A stretch of 32,000 bases of DNA from Horticoccus luteus (GTDB lineage Bacteria; Verrucomicrobiota; Verrucomicrobiia; Opitutales; Opitutaceae). Both the position numbers and the translations under genes were made by a program. The stretch spans positions 1,440,001-1,472,000 of the forward strand of contig NZ_CP080507.1 in assembly GCF_019464535.1 (NCBI RefSeq), in the 5' to 3' direction. Below, in pieces: positions 18,738-27,002 of the stretch. The first letter of the stretch is position 1; the number at the start of each line of letters is the position of its first letter. A model generated the notes under the pieces. The model did no database searches. It was given only the letters and a program-made list of their open reading frames with translations, and was not told the DNA's origin.

Positions 18738-18824
18738 AATCGCGCCTCGGCCCAAGCGTTTTTCGCTACGCGCGGCGAGACTCGGGTGCGGCGGAAGCGA
18801 CTTCGAATGGCCGCGGCGGCAGAC

Positions 18825-19400
18825 CTAGGCCCAAGCCGGGGGATTCTGGAGCTGCGGTTTCAGGACTCCGATGCACGGGAGGTTGCGGTAGCGTTCGGCG
18901 AAATCGAGACCGTAACCGATCACGAACTTATCGGGAATCTTGAACCCCACCAGATCGGCTTCGATCGGCACTTCGCGACGCCCTTGTTTGTCCAGCAGCA
19001 CGCAGGTGCGCAGGCTCGCGGGGTTGAGCTTGCGGACGAGATTGGTGACGAGGAGGAGCGTCTTGCCGGTGTCGAGGATGTCGTCAATCAGCAGCACGTG
19101 GCGGTTGGCGATGTCGAGGGTGAGGCTGGCGACGACCTGGGGCACGCCGGTGGATTTCGTTTTGGTGCCGTAACTCGAAATGCGCACACAGTCGAGGCGC
19201 ACGGGGTTGTCGATTTCGCGCATCAAATCAGCGGTGAACATGACCGCGCCGTTGATGATGGAAATGATCGTGAATTCGCCCGCGCCGTAGATTTCTTTGA
19301 GCTCGCGACCGAGACCGCGCACGCGCCGTTTGAGCTGCATTTCCGTGAAGAGCACGGATTCCAGATCGGGGTGGACGGGAGGAGTTTTGCGGGCGGACAT
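18825..19400 (-). CDS. hpt: Hypoxanthine(-guanine) phosphoribosyltransferase
   Basis: The PRPP-binding motif is HVLLIDDILDTGKTL, followed by ...KIPDKFVIGYGLDFAERYRNLP. The start is ATG at 19398-19400 inside the 350-aa track ORF, giving 191 aa. Confidence 0.92.
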   Translation of the reverse strand: MSARKTPPVHPDLESVLFTEMQLKRRVRGLGRELKEIYGAGEFTIISIINGAVMFTADLMREIDNPVRLDCVRISSYGTKTKSTGVPQVVASLTLDIANRHVLLIDDILDTGKTLLLVTNLVRKLNPASLRTCVLLDKQGRREVPIEADLVGFKIPDKFVIGYGLDFAERYRNLPCIGVLKPQLQNPPAWA

Positions 19401-19525
19401 GGCGTGGGCGCAGCTAGGCAAACCCGGCGGAGCGTGGCAACTCGATCCGGGCGGCGCGCCCGGGTTTATTCCTTTGACTTGCCCAGAGGCGAAATCTTGC
19501 TTCGGCGACTGTTCACGCCCGCGGC

Positions 19526-20596
19526 ATGATTTCCATACGCATCGAAAACTTGACCAAGCGATTTGGGGCGGTGACCGCGCTGCACCACCTGAGCCTGACG
19601 ATCGAACCCGGAGAGCTTTTTTTTCTGCTCGGTCCCAGTGGATGCGGAAAGACAACGCTGTTGCGGAGCATGGCGGGGTTTTACATTCCTGAAGAGGGGC
19701 GGATACTTTTTGGCGAAGAGGACGTGACGCGGCTCGCACCCCACAAGCGGAACACGGGCATGATGTTTCAAAGCTACGCGTTGTGGCCGCACATGACGGT
19801 GGCGCAGAACGTGGCGTTTGGGCTCGAGGAGCGAAAAGTGAGCAAGGAAGAGACCAAGCGCCGGGTGGCCGATGCACTGGAGTCGGTGCACATGAGTGAA
19901 TACGCGGAGCGGCGTCCGAACCAGCTTTCCGGCGGGCAGCAACAGCGCGTGGCGCTCGCGCGGGCGTTGGTGATTCGACCGCGTTGCCTCTTGCTGGATG
20001 AGCCGCTTTCGAATCTCGACGCGAAACTGCGCCTCGACATGCGCATGGAAATCCGCCGCGTGTGCAAAGAGTTCAAGTTGACGACCGTCTATGTGACGCA
20101 CGACCAAAAGGAGGCGCTGTCGATTTCCGATCGCATGGCGATTTTGGAAAACGGGCACATTTTGCAGGTCGGGACGCCGCGGGAGATTTATCGCCGGCCA
20201 GCGCGCAAGACGGTGGCGAATTTCATTGGAGAAACGGATTTTATTGCGGGCCGGATCATGGGAGCGATTGGTGGCCGGGCGACGGTGGAGACGGCGATCG
20301 GGCGGTTCGAAGGCGTGCTGGGCGATCCGGCGAGCGATCCCGGCGTGGGCGCGCCGGTGACGTTGTCGATCCGGCCCGAGTGCTGGACGTTGCAGCGCGA
20401 ACCCGCGGCCAGAAACAACCTGCGCGGACGCATCGGCGAGGCGGTTTACCTGGGCGAGGTGGCGCAATACGAGTTTCTCGTGGGCGCGACGCGGTTGAAA
20501 ATTTTTGAACTTAACCCACGCCATTTGGGGCGGGCGGCACAGGGCGAATTCTTCGCCTCGGTCGAGCCCGAGGACGTGGTGGTGCTGGTCGATTGA
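19526..20596 (+). CDS. ABC transporter ATP-binding protein (PotA/FbpC-like importer ATPase with a C-terminal TOBE-type domain)
   Basis: Walker A is GPSGCGKTT, the signature is [15 protein letters not shown], Walker B is [11 protein letters not shown] and the H-loop is YVTHDQ. A C-terminal extension of about 110 aa is typical of the CUT/MOI importer ATPases. Confidence 0.9.
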   Translation: MISIRIENLTKRFGAVTALHHLSLTIEPGELFFLLGPSGCGKTTLLRSMAGFYIPEEGRILFGEEDVTRLAPHKRNTGMMFQSYALWPHMTVAQNVAFGLEERKVSKEETKRRVADALESVHMSEYAERRPNQLSGGQQQRVALARALVIRPRCLLLDEPLSNLDAKLRLDMRMEIRRVCKEFKLTTVYVTHDQKEALSISDRMAILENGHILQVGTPREIYRRPARKTVANFIGETDFIAGRIMGAIGGRATVETAIGRFEGVLGDPASDPGVGAPVTLSIRPECWTLQREPAARNNLRGRIGEAVYLGEVAQYEFLVGATRLKIFELNPRHLGRAAQGEFFASVEPEDVVVLVD

Positions 20597-20630
20597 CCGT
20601 GGGTGCGCACGGCTGTCCTTTTCGGGCGCG

Positions 20631-22247
20631 ATGAAGCGGATCCTCATCCTCGTGACGCTGGCGCTGACCGTGGCGGTGCCTTTTCTTCTGCGGCCAAAGC
20701 AAACGGCTTCGATGTCCGCGGATGACACGTTGGTGATCATCACGCCGCACAACGAGGCGATCCGGCACGAATTTGCACGGGGCTTTCGCGAATGGTATCA
20801 GAAGCGGACGGGCCGGACGGTGTTCATCGACTGGCGCGTCATCGGTGGGACGAGCGAGATCGCGCGTTTTCTGGAAGGCGAATACGTTGCGTCGTTCCAA
20901 AATCTTTGGACCGGAAAAATGGGGAAGCCGTGGAGCACGGAAATTCAAGCAGGGTTTCAGAGTCATCGGCTCGGCCCGGATACGCCGGCGATCGTGCGCG
21001 AAGCGCGGGCAACGTTTCTCACCTCCGAGGCGAGTTGCGGCATCGATGTGTTTTTTGGGGGCGGCACGTATGATTTCGTCAAGCAGGCGCAGGCCGGGCG
21101 ATTCGTGGCGTCGGGGGTTTTAAAGCATCATCCGGAGTGGTTCACCGACGACGTGATTCCGCGGGAGTATGCCGGCGAGGAATACTGGGATAAAGACGGG
21201 CTCTGGCTGGGCACGGTGCTCAGTTCCTACGGCATGATCTATAACCGGGATGCGTTGAAGCGACTGGGGTTCACGACGCCGCCGGCGCAGTGGACCGGAG
21301 CGGCGGATCCGCGTTTCTTTGGCGAGGTGGCGCTGGCGGATCCAACGAAGAGCGGATCGATCGCGAAGGCGTTCGAGAACATCATCCAGCAGCAGATGCA
21401 GCGGCGGTTGCGCCAACTGGAACGCAGCGAGCCGGCCGGCGACACCAAGACGCGCGAAGCGCAGGCGGTGCGAGAAGGTTGGGAGGCCGGCATGAGACTG
21501 CTGCAGCTCATCGGGGCGAATTCGCGCTATTTCACCGACACGTCGCAGAAGCCGCCGATCGATGTGGCGATGGGCAACTGTGCGATTGGGTTGTGCATCG
21601 ATTTCTACGGTCGGCAGCAAGCGGAAGCGGTGGAGCGGCGCGGTGCCTCGGATCGCGTGGGTTTTGTCGCGCCTGTCGGCGGCACGGTGAGCTCAGTGGA
21701 TCCGATCGCGTTGCTGCGCGGGGCGAAACACCGCGCGGTCGCCGAGGCGTTTATTGAATTTGTGATGTCGATGGACGGACAGAAACTTTGGAATTTCAAA
21801 CCGGGCACGCCGGGTGGGCCGGAGCGGTTCGCGTTGCGCCGGCTGCCGGTGCGCAAGGATTTTTACCAGCACGAGGACTGGCTGCAGTGGCGCAGCGATC
21901 CCGAGGCCTCGCCATTCGATGCCACCGACCAGCTCATTTACCGGCCCGCGTGGACCGGGGGGCTATTTCGCGAGATGGCGTTTATTGTGCGCGTGATGTG
22001 TCAGGACACGCATGGCGAACTCGCGGATGCGTGGCGTGCGATCATCGCGGCGCCAGAGCCGCGGAAAGCGCAGGCGTTGGCGGTGCTGCAGGACATGAGC
22101 GCGGTGACCTATGCGCAGGCGAATGGCGCGATCAAGCAGGCGCTCTCGGCGAAGGACAAGGTCGAGGAAGTGCGCGAGGCCAACGAACTCGGCGACGCGT
22201 TTCGCAAAAACTACGCGCGGGCGAAAGCGATCGCGCAAGGACGCTGA
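20631..22247 (+). CDS. ABC transporter periplasmic solute-binding protein, oversized (538 aa), Fe3+/polyamine/thiamine-type (family-1-like) fold
   Basis: The N-terminal signal/anchor is MKRILILVTLALTVAVPFLL. Next comes TLVIITPHNEAIRHEFARGFREWYQKRTG, the typical start of PBP2 Fbp/PotD-like binders. It lies immediately downstream of the ATPase. The substrate cannot be assigned from sequence by eye. Confidence 0.7.
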   Translation: MKRILILVTLALTVAVPFLLRPKQTASMSADDTLVIITPHNEAIRHEFARGFREWYQKRTGRTVFIDWRVIGGTSEIARFLEGEYVASFQNLWTGKMGKPWSTEIQAGFQSHRLGPDTPAIVREARATFLTSEASCGIDVFFGGGTYDFVKQAQAGRFVASGVLKHHPEWFTDDVIPREYAGEEYWDKDGLWLGTVLSSYGMIYNRDALKRLGFTTPPAQWTGAADPRFFGEVALADPTKSGSIAKAFENIIQQQMQRRLRQLERSEPAGDTKTREAQAVREGWEAGMRLLQLIGANSRYFTDTSQKPPIDVAMGNCAIGLCIDFYGRQQAEAVERRGASDRVGFVAPVGGTVSSVDPIALLRGAKHRAVAEAFIEFVMSMDGQKLWNFKPGTPGGPERFALRRLPVRKDFYQHEDWLQWRSDPEASPFDATDQLIYRPAWTGGLFREMAFIVRVMCQDTHGELADAWRAIIAAPEPRKAQALAVLQDMSAVTYAQANGAIKQALSAKDKVEEVREANELGDAFRKNYARAKAIAQGR

Positions 22248-22259
22248 CGCGCCGCGCGC

Positions 22260-22916
22260 CTACAGGCGCGCAATCGCGTCGGCGAACGCGGCTTTGTCCG
22301 GCGCGGCGAAAAAGGCGGTGCCGGCGACAAAGGTATCGGCGCCATGCGCCCGGCACTCGGGGGCGGTCGTGAGGTCGATGCCGCCGTCGACCTCGAGGCG
22401 CCAGCGAAAGCCGCGCGCGGCGCGCCAGTCGGCGAGCGTGCGCATTTTGGCGAGGGTATCGCGACGGAAAGACTGTCCGCCGAAGCCGGGCTGCACGGTC
22501 ATGACCAACACCAAGTCGACATGCGGCAGGAGGTGTTCCACGGCGGTGGCCGGCGTATCGGGATTGAGCACGATGCCGCATTGGCAGCCGAGCGCCCGAA
22601 TCCGGGCGAGGGTTGCCTGATGATCGTAGGCGGGCTCAATGTGGATGCTGATCGAGCTGGCACCGGCAGTGGCAAACGCCTCCACGTAACGGTGCGGCTC
22701 ATCGAGCATCAGATGCGTGTCGAAAAATTGAGTGGCGCCTGCCGCACGCAGCGCGGCGACCGTGCCGGGGCCAAATGTGAGGTTGGGCACGAAGTGAGCA
22801 TCCATGATATCAACATGGAGCCATCGCAGGCCCAAGTTCGCCGGGATGCGTGCGCTGGCGGCGAGGTGAGCGTGATCGCCAGCGAGAAGTGAAGGGGAGA
22901 GCAGCGGGGGATGCAT
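22260..22916 (-). CDS. rpe: Ribulose-phosphate 3-epimerase
   Basis: SPSLLAGD......LHVDIMDAHFVPNLTFGP..., LVMTVQPGFGGQSF and VDGGI are present. Confidence 0.93.
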   Translation of the reverse strand: MHPPLLSPSLLAGDHAHLAASARIPANLGLRWLHVDIMDAHFVPNLTFGPGTVAALRAAGATQFFDTHLMLDEPHRYVEAFATAGASSISIHIEPAYDHQATLARIRALGCQCGIVLNPDTPATAVEHLLPHVDLVLVMTVQPGFGGQSFRRDTLAKMRTLADWRAARGFRWRLEVDGGIDLTTAPECRAHGADTFVAGTAFFAAPDKAAFADAIARL

Positions 22917-22927
22917 CGGCGAAACAG

Positions 22928-23470
22928 TTACCAGACGTCGAGTACGGCGTGCGCGACCTTACCGGAGATCAGTTCCGCCAAGATCGGGAGCATCTGGTAT
23001 TCGGATTGTTCCAGGCCGCTATCGGTGAAGACATCGCGCTGCGCCTGAATCGGGCGTTTCTCGAAGAGGAGTTTGCCGGTGTGGTTGTCGCGCAAGGTGG
23101 CGACGACACTGAGCGTGACGGTAAACGAGCGGGCTAGGCCGGTGTCGCCGGTCCGCACTGTGGCGACTTCACGTTGGTAGTTGACGATCGTGACCGTGAG
23201 GGTGACGTCCGCATCCGCGGCGGCATTGGCGAGCGAGACCCGGCCGTCGTTGGCGAGGGCGGTGCGAATCTGGGTGGTCAGAATGGCCTGCGACTGGGGG
23301 ATGAGGGCCTTTGTCTGCACCGGCGCGACGTAAATGGTGTTCCAAGCCAGATGGCCGGAGGTGCCGAGCTGATAGTGCGAGCAGCCGGAGAAGCTTGTGA
23401 GGCCGATCAGGCCCAAGAGCGAACACGAGGCAAGGGAGACGAAGAACCTGAGGCAGAAGGAAGCTCGCAT
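22928..23470 (-). CDS. LptE-like outer-membrane lipoprotein (LPS-assembly lipoprotein family, tentative)
   Basis: A signal peptide and lipobox are present: ...LIGLTSFSGC. After the Cys, SHYQLG resembles the LptE GCG(W/F)HLR start. The remainder alternates beta-strand-type patterns over 180 aa. It is adjacent to the BamD-like gene. The start is ATG at 23468-23470 inside the track ORF. Confidence 0.55.
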   Translation of the reverse strand: MRASFCLRFFVSLASCSLLGLIGLTSFSGCSHYQLGTSGHLAWNTIYVAPVQTKALIPQSQAILTTQIRTALANDGRVSLANAAADADVTLTVTIVNYQREVATVRTGDTGLARSFTVTLSVVATLRDNHTGKLLFEKRPIQAQRDVFTDSGLEQSEYQMLPILAELISGKVAHAVLDVW

Positions 23471-23537
23471 GCGTGACCTCAATGGACGTCGCGCCGGCCC
23501 GAGTGACAAACCAAAATACCGCGGCGGGGGGACGGTA

Positions 23538-24581
23538 TCAGAATAACCAGAAACGTTTCTTCTTGTGCGATTCGCCGGGGACGGGTTTGCCGGCGGCCTT
23601 GGCTTCAACCTGCGTAAGGCGAACCTTCGCGCGGCGGGCGACATCGGAATCCGGGAAAGCGGTGATGGCTTCGTTGTAGAAGACGCGAGCGGCCGTGTAG
23701 TTGTCGCGTTTGTAGAAGTAGAAATCACCCATCTTCATCTTACTTTCCGCGAGCATCGTCTTCATCCGGTTGAGGCCAGCTTCGGATTCAGGCACGTCGG
23801 CATCGCTGGGGAAGAGGATAAGAAAGTCCTCGAAATAGGTGATGGATTCCTTGGTGGAGCCTTGGTCGTATTCCGGGCCCTGCACCAAACTGGCGTGTTC
23901 TTTCGCGATGTTCAGGTAGGCGTCGGGTGCGAGGAGACTCTGGGGATAGTTGTTGATCAGGCGGTCGAGGGCGTCGATCGCCTCTTCGATGTTGCCCAAT
24001 CTTTGATGGGCGCGGGCGATGCTCATCAACGCGAGAGGCGCGTAATCGCTGTAAGGAGCGTCGACGAGGAGGATTTCGAAATACTCGATGCCTTTGGAGC
24101 GGGCGGTGAAGCCAGGGATAATGCCCCAATAGTGATTGCGGGCGCCGTCGAGGAGGCGGGCGGCGATGCGGTATTGTTCGCCGATGATTTCGTTGAAGCG
24201 CCGGGTGTTGGGGTAGCGACTGATGAGGGATTGGAACGCCTCAAAGGCCTTGAAGTATTCCTTGCGGCCGAGGCGGAGGTGCGCGGCGCGAAAGAGGGCT
24301 TCCGGCGCGTAAATGGAGTTGGGATATTTCTTGGCGACCTTGCTGTAGGAACCGATCGCGGATCCCGCGCTGCCGCGGTCCTCGGCGCGGCGGGCGTTGT
24401 TCATCAACTCAAGGGCATTGCGCGCTTCGGGGCCGGCAAGCCCGGACAAGGAGCCGCCTTCGAGGCTCCAACCAGTCTGCGGATTCCAGACGATCTCCGC
24501 GCTGACTCGCGCCGGGACGCCGACCAGAAGAACCGCAAGAAGCGCGGGAAGAATGCGGCGGAGCGCGAGGGCAAACGTCAT
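23538..24581 (-). CDS. bamD: BamD/YfiO-like TPR outer-membrane assembly factor (no lipobox)
   Basis: The signal peptide ...LLVGVPARVSA-EIV is followed by repeated TPR-like units, each ending in YP.S.YAP.AL (KKYPNSIYAPEALFRAA, SRYPNTRRFNE, DAPYSDYAPLALMSIARAH, NNYPQSLLAPDAYLNIA). The terminal MGDFYFYKRDNYTAARVFYNEAITAFPDSDVA is typical of BamD. I chose ATG 24581. Confidence 0.55.
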   Translation of the reverse strand: MTFALALRRILPALLAVLLVGVPARVSAEIVWNPQTGWSLEGGSLSGLAGPEARNALELMNNARRAEDRGSAGSAIGSYSKVAKKYPNSIYAPEALFRAAHLRLGRKEYFKAFEAFQSLISRYPNTRRFNEIIGEQYRIAARLLDGARNHYWGIIPGFTARSKGIEYFEILLVDAPYSDYAPLALMSIARAHQRLGNIEEAIDALDRLINNYPQSLLAPDAYLNIAKEHASLVQGPEYDQGSTKESITYFEDFLILFPSDADVPESEAGLNRMKTMLAESKMKMGDFYFYKRDNYTAARVFYNEAITAFPDSDVARRAKVRLTQVEAKAAGKPVPGESHKKKRFWLF

Positions 24582-24595
24582 GTGCGAATAAAGAG

Positions 24596-25588
24596 TCACC
24601 AGCGAATCAGCGCTGCCCCATAGGTCAAGCCCGCCCCAAATGCGACGAGGAGGATGAGGTCGCCGGACTTGATCCGGCCGGCGCGACGGGCTTCGTCGAG
24701 GGCGATGGGAATCGAAGCGGAAGAGGTGTTACCGTAGCGGTCGACGTTCACGTAAAAGCGCTCGATGGGCAGTTCGAGGTATTGGGCGATGGCGTCGATG
24801 ATGCGCAGGTTGGCCTGATGAGGAATCACGCAGGCGATGTGATCAGCGTGGATTTTGTGTTGTTCCAGTATTTCCCGGGAGGCGCGTTCCATCGCGAAGA
24901 CGGCGCGCTTGAAAACTTCCTTTCCTTTCATGCGCAGGAAGTGCTCGCGATTGGCGATGGATTCCGCGGTCGCGGGGTGGGAACTGCCGCCTTTGGGAAT
25001 GTTAAGGAGATCCACGCCATCGCCGTAGGCGCCGAGGCGGGTGCCGATCAAACCGATGCCGGGCGTGTCGGACAAGCCGATCACGGCCGCGCCTGCGCCA
25101 TCGCCGAAGAGGACGCAGGTACTGCGGTCGGTCCAATCGACAACGGAGGAGAGTTTTTCGACGCCGATGATGAGTGCCTTGTGGTAACGCCCGGAGGTGA
25201 GCATGGCGCACCCCGTGTCGAGGGCATAGACGAAGCCGGAGCAGGCGGCGTTGAGGTCGAAGCAGGCGGTGGTGGTGCGCAGGCCGAGCTTATGCTGGAT
25301 GATGCAGGAGGCCGCGGGCAGCGCCATGTCGGCGGTGACGGTGGCGACAATCAGCAGGTCGATCTCGTCGGCTGAAACCTGGGCGTCGGCGAGCGCCGCG
25401 CGGGCGGCGTGAACGGCCATGTCGGAGGTGTGTTCGCCCGGGGCGGCGATGCGGCGTTCGCGGATGCCACTGCGCGTGGTGATCCACTCATCGGAGGTGT
25501 CGACCATCTTGGACAGCTCGGCATTCGTGAGGACGCGGGACGGGGCGTAAGAACCGGTTCCCAGGATGACGGTGGAGGGTTGAGCCAT
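24596..25588 (-). CDS. fabH: 3-oxoacyl-[ACP] synthase III
   Basis: ILGTGSYAPSRVLTNAEL...SDEWITTRSGIRERR, the active-site FDLNAACSGFVYAL, HQANLRI and GNTSSASIP are present. Confidence 0.95.
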   Translation of the reverse strand: MAQPSTVILGTGSYAPSRVLTNAELSKMVDTSDEWITTRSGIRERRIAAPGEHTSDMAVHAARAALADAQVSADEIDLLIVATVTADMALPAASCIIQHKLGLRTTTACFDLNAACSGFVYALDTGCAMLTSGRYHKALIIGVEKLSSVVDWTDRSTCVLFGDGAGAAVIGLSDTPGIGLIGTRLGAYGDGVDLLNIPKGGSSHPATAESIANREHFLRMKGKEVFKRAVFAMERASREILEQHKIHADHIACVIPHQANLRIIDAIAQYLELPIERFYVNVDRYGNTSSASIPIALDEARRAGRIKSGDLILLVAFGAGLTYGAALIRW

Positions 25589-25624
25589 GAAGAGGAGCGC
25601 CCCGAACCGGGCGCGAAGGACGAA

Positions 25625-26680
25625 TCAGGCGGCTGGTTGCTCCAGCCGGGCGTTGGCGCGCGTGATGTCAGCCTCGATGAGGTGATTCATGTCCGCCTTG
25701 ATGACTTCACCGGCGGCGCGAATGGCGCTTTTGAGGGCGTAGCGGTTGCTGGAGCCGTGAGCCTTGAGGATCGTGCCGCGGAGGCCGAGGAGGGGGGCGC
25801 CGCCGTAGCGTTCGGGGTTGATGCGTTCCTTGAACGAGTTGAACGCGCCTTTGGAGAGGAGAGCGCCGGCTTTGCGGAGAGGGTTGGCGCTGAGTTCTTC
25901 CTTCAGCATCGATTTGAAGAAATTCACGAGCGACTCCCAGCTCTTGAGCATGATGTTGCCGACGAAGCCGTCGCAGACGACGACGTCGACATGGTCGGTG
26001 AACACTTGGAACCCTTCAATCGGACCGGCGTAATTGATGATATCGTCGACGCGGCGCAGCAGCTCGTTGGTCTCGGTGATGAGGGCGTTGCCTTTACCTT
26101 CCTCGGTGCCGATCGTCATGAGCCCGACGCGGGGCCGGGCGATGCCGAGCATGACGCGGCAATAGTGGCTGCCGAGAATGGCGTTGTGCACCAGATGCTC
26201 GGGACGCGCCTCGGGATTGGCGCCGGCGTCGATGAGGATAAAGTGGCCGTTTTCGCGCGGGATCACGGCGGCGAGGGCAGGGCGGGCGATGCCCTCCATC
26301 GGACGCAGTTTCAACGTGCCGCCGGCCATGAGTGCGCCGGTGTTGCCGCAACTCACGATGGCGCAGGCTTCGCCGTTCTTAACCAGCTCGATGGCGCGCA
26401 CCATCGACGAGTCTTTCTTGCGCTTGATGCCCGCGAGGGGCTTGTCGTCCATCGCGATGACTTCCGACGCGTGGAAAACGGACGCGCGCGGCGAATTTGC
26501 GAGCTGGGCGCTGGCGAGCAGCGGTGTGAGCACCGCGGTGTCGCCAACCAGCGTAATGGGATTGAGATCCGGGAACTCGGCGAGGGCGAGTTGGACGGCT
26601 GCAACGACTTCGGCCGGACCCAAGTCGCCGCCCATGGCGTCGACGGCAATTCGTCCGGAGACGCCGGAAGAGGTAACCAT
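25625..26680 (-). CDS. plsX: Phosphate acyltransferase PlsX
   Basis: IAVDAMGGDLGP is present, ...GFVGNIMLK... matches a PlsX motif, and it has the classic position between rpmF and fabH. Confidence 0.93.
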   Translation of the reverse strand: MVTSSGVSGRIAVDAMGGDLGPAEVVAAVQLALAEFPDLNPITLVGDTAVLTPLLASAQLANSPRASVFHASEVIAMDDKPLAGIKRKKDSSMVRAIELVKNGEACAIVSCGNTGALMAGGTLKLRPMEGIARPALAAVIPRENGHFILIDAGANPEARPEHLVHNAILGSHYCRVMLGIARPRVGLMTIGTEEGKGNALITETNELLRRVDDIINYAGPIEGFQVFTDHVDVVVCDGFVGNIMLKSWESLVNFFKSMLKEELSANPLRKAGALLSKGAFNSFKERINPERYGGAPLLGLRGTILKAHGSSNRYALKSAIRAAGEVIKADMNHLIEADITRANARLEQPAA

Positions 26681-26708
26681 CGCAGGGATGGATGCGCCGC
26701 GGGGGCGC

Positions 26709-26885
26709 TTAGACCTCCACGTCGAGCACTTGCCGGCCGCGATACATGCCGGTCTTGGGATTCACGCGATGCGGGCGCATCAAACCGCCGTCGGTATCTT
26801 TAGCGAATTCTGGGGCCTTAAAGGCGTTGGCGGCGCGACGGTTGGCGCTGCGGCGCTTGGACTGCTTGCGTTTCGGATTGGCCAT
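26709..26885 (-). CDS. rpmF: 50S ribosomal protein L32
   Basis: This gene is not in the ORF track because it is 58 aa. Hand translation of the minus strand gives MANPKRKQSKRRSANRRAANAFKAPEFAKDTDGGLMRPHRVNPKTGMYRGRQVLDVEV*. The MA.PKRK.SK.R...RRA start is the bL32 signature. It sits directly upstream of plsX, as in the conserved rpmF-plsX-fabH operon. Confidence 0.88.
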   Translation of the reverse strand: MANPKRKQSKRRSANRRAANAFKAPEFAKDTDGGLMRPHRVNPKTGMYRGRQVLDVEV

Positions 26886-27002
26886 GAGGAGTGCGAGTTA
26901 AAGGATTGAGGCGCCGCCGGGAAGGAGGCGAATGTTGAGAGTGAAAGGGGAAGGAGTAAAAGGTCGCGTTCCGGGGCGTCAAGCGCGGAACCAAGCGGGC
27001 TT

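Noticed and set aside
18588-18824. An integrative element or genomic island at the tRNA-Arg gene.
   Set aside because: There is no integrase, no foreign-looking genes and no composition shift. The repeats bracket only the tRNA itself and do not include its 3' end as true att sites usually do. It is kept only as a low-interest repeat observation.
26886-27002. A sigma70-like promoter (TTGACG, 16 nt, TTTACT on the minus strand) upstream of rpmF.
   Set aside because: The -10 match is weak (4/6), the promoter consensus for this organism is unknown, and it cannot be supported without transcript data.
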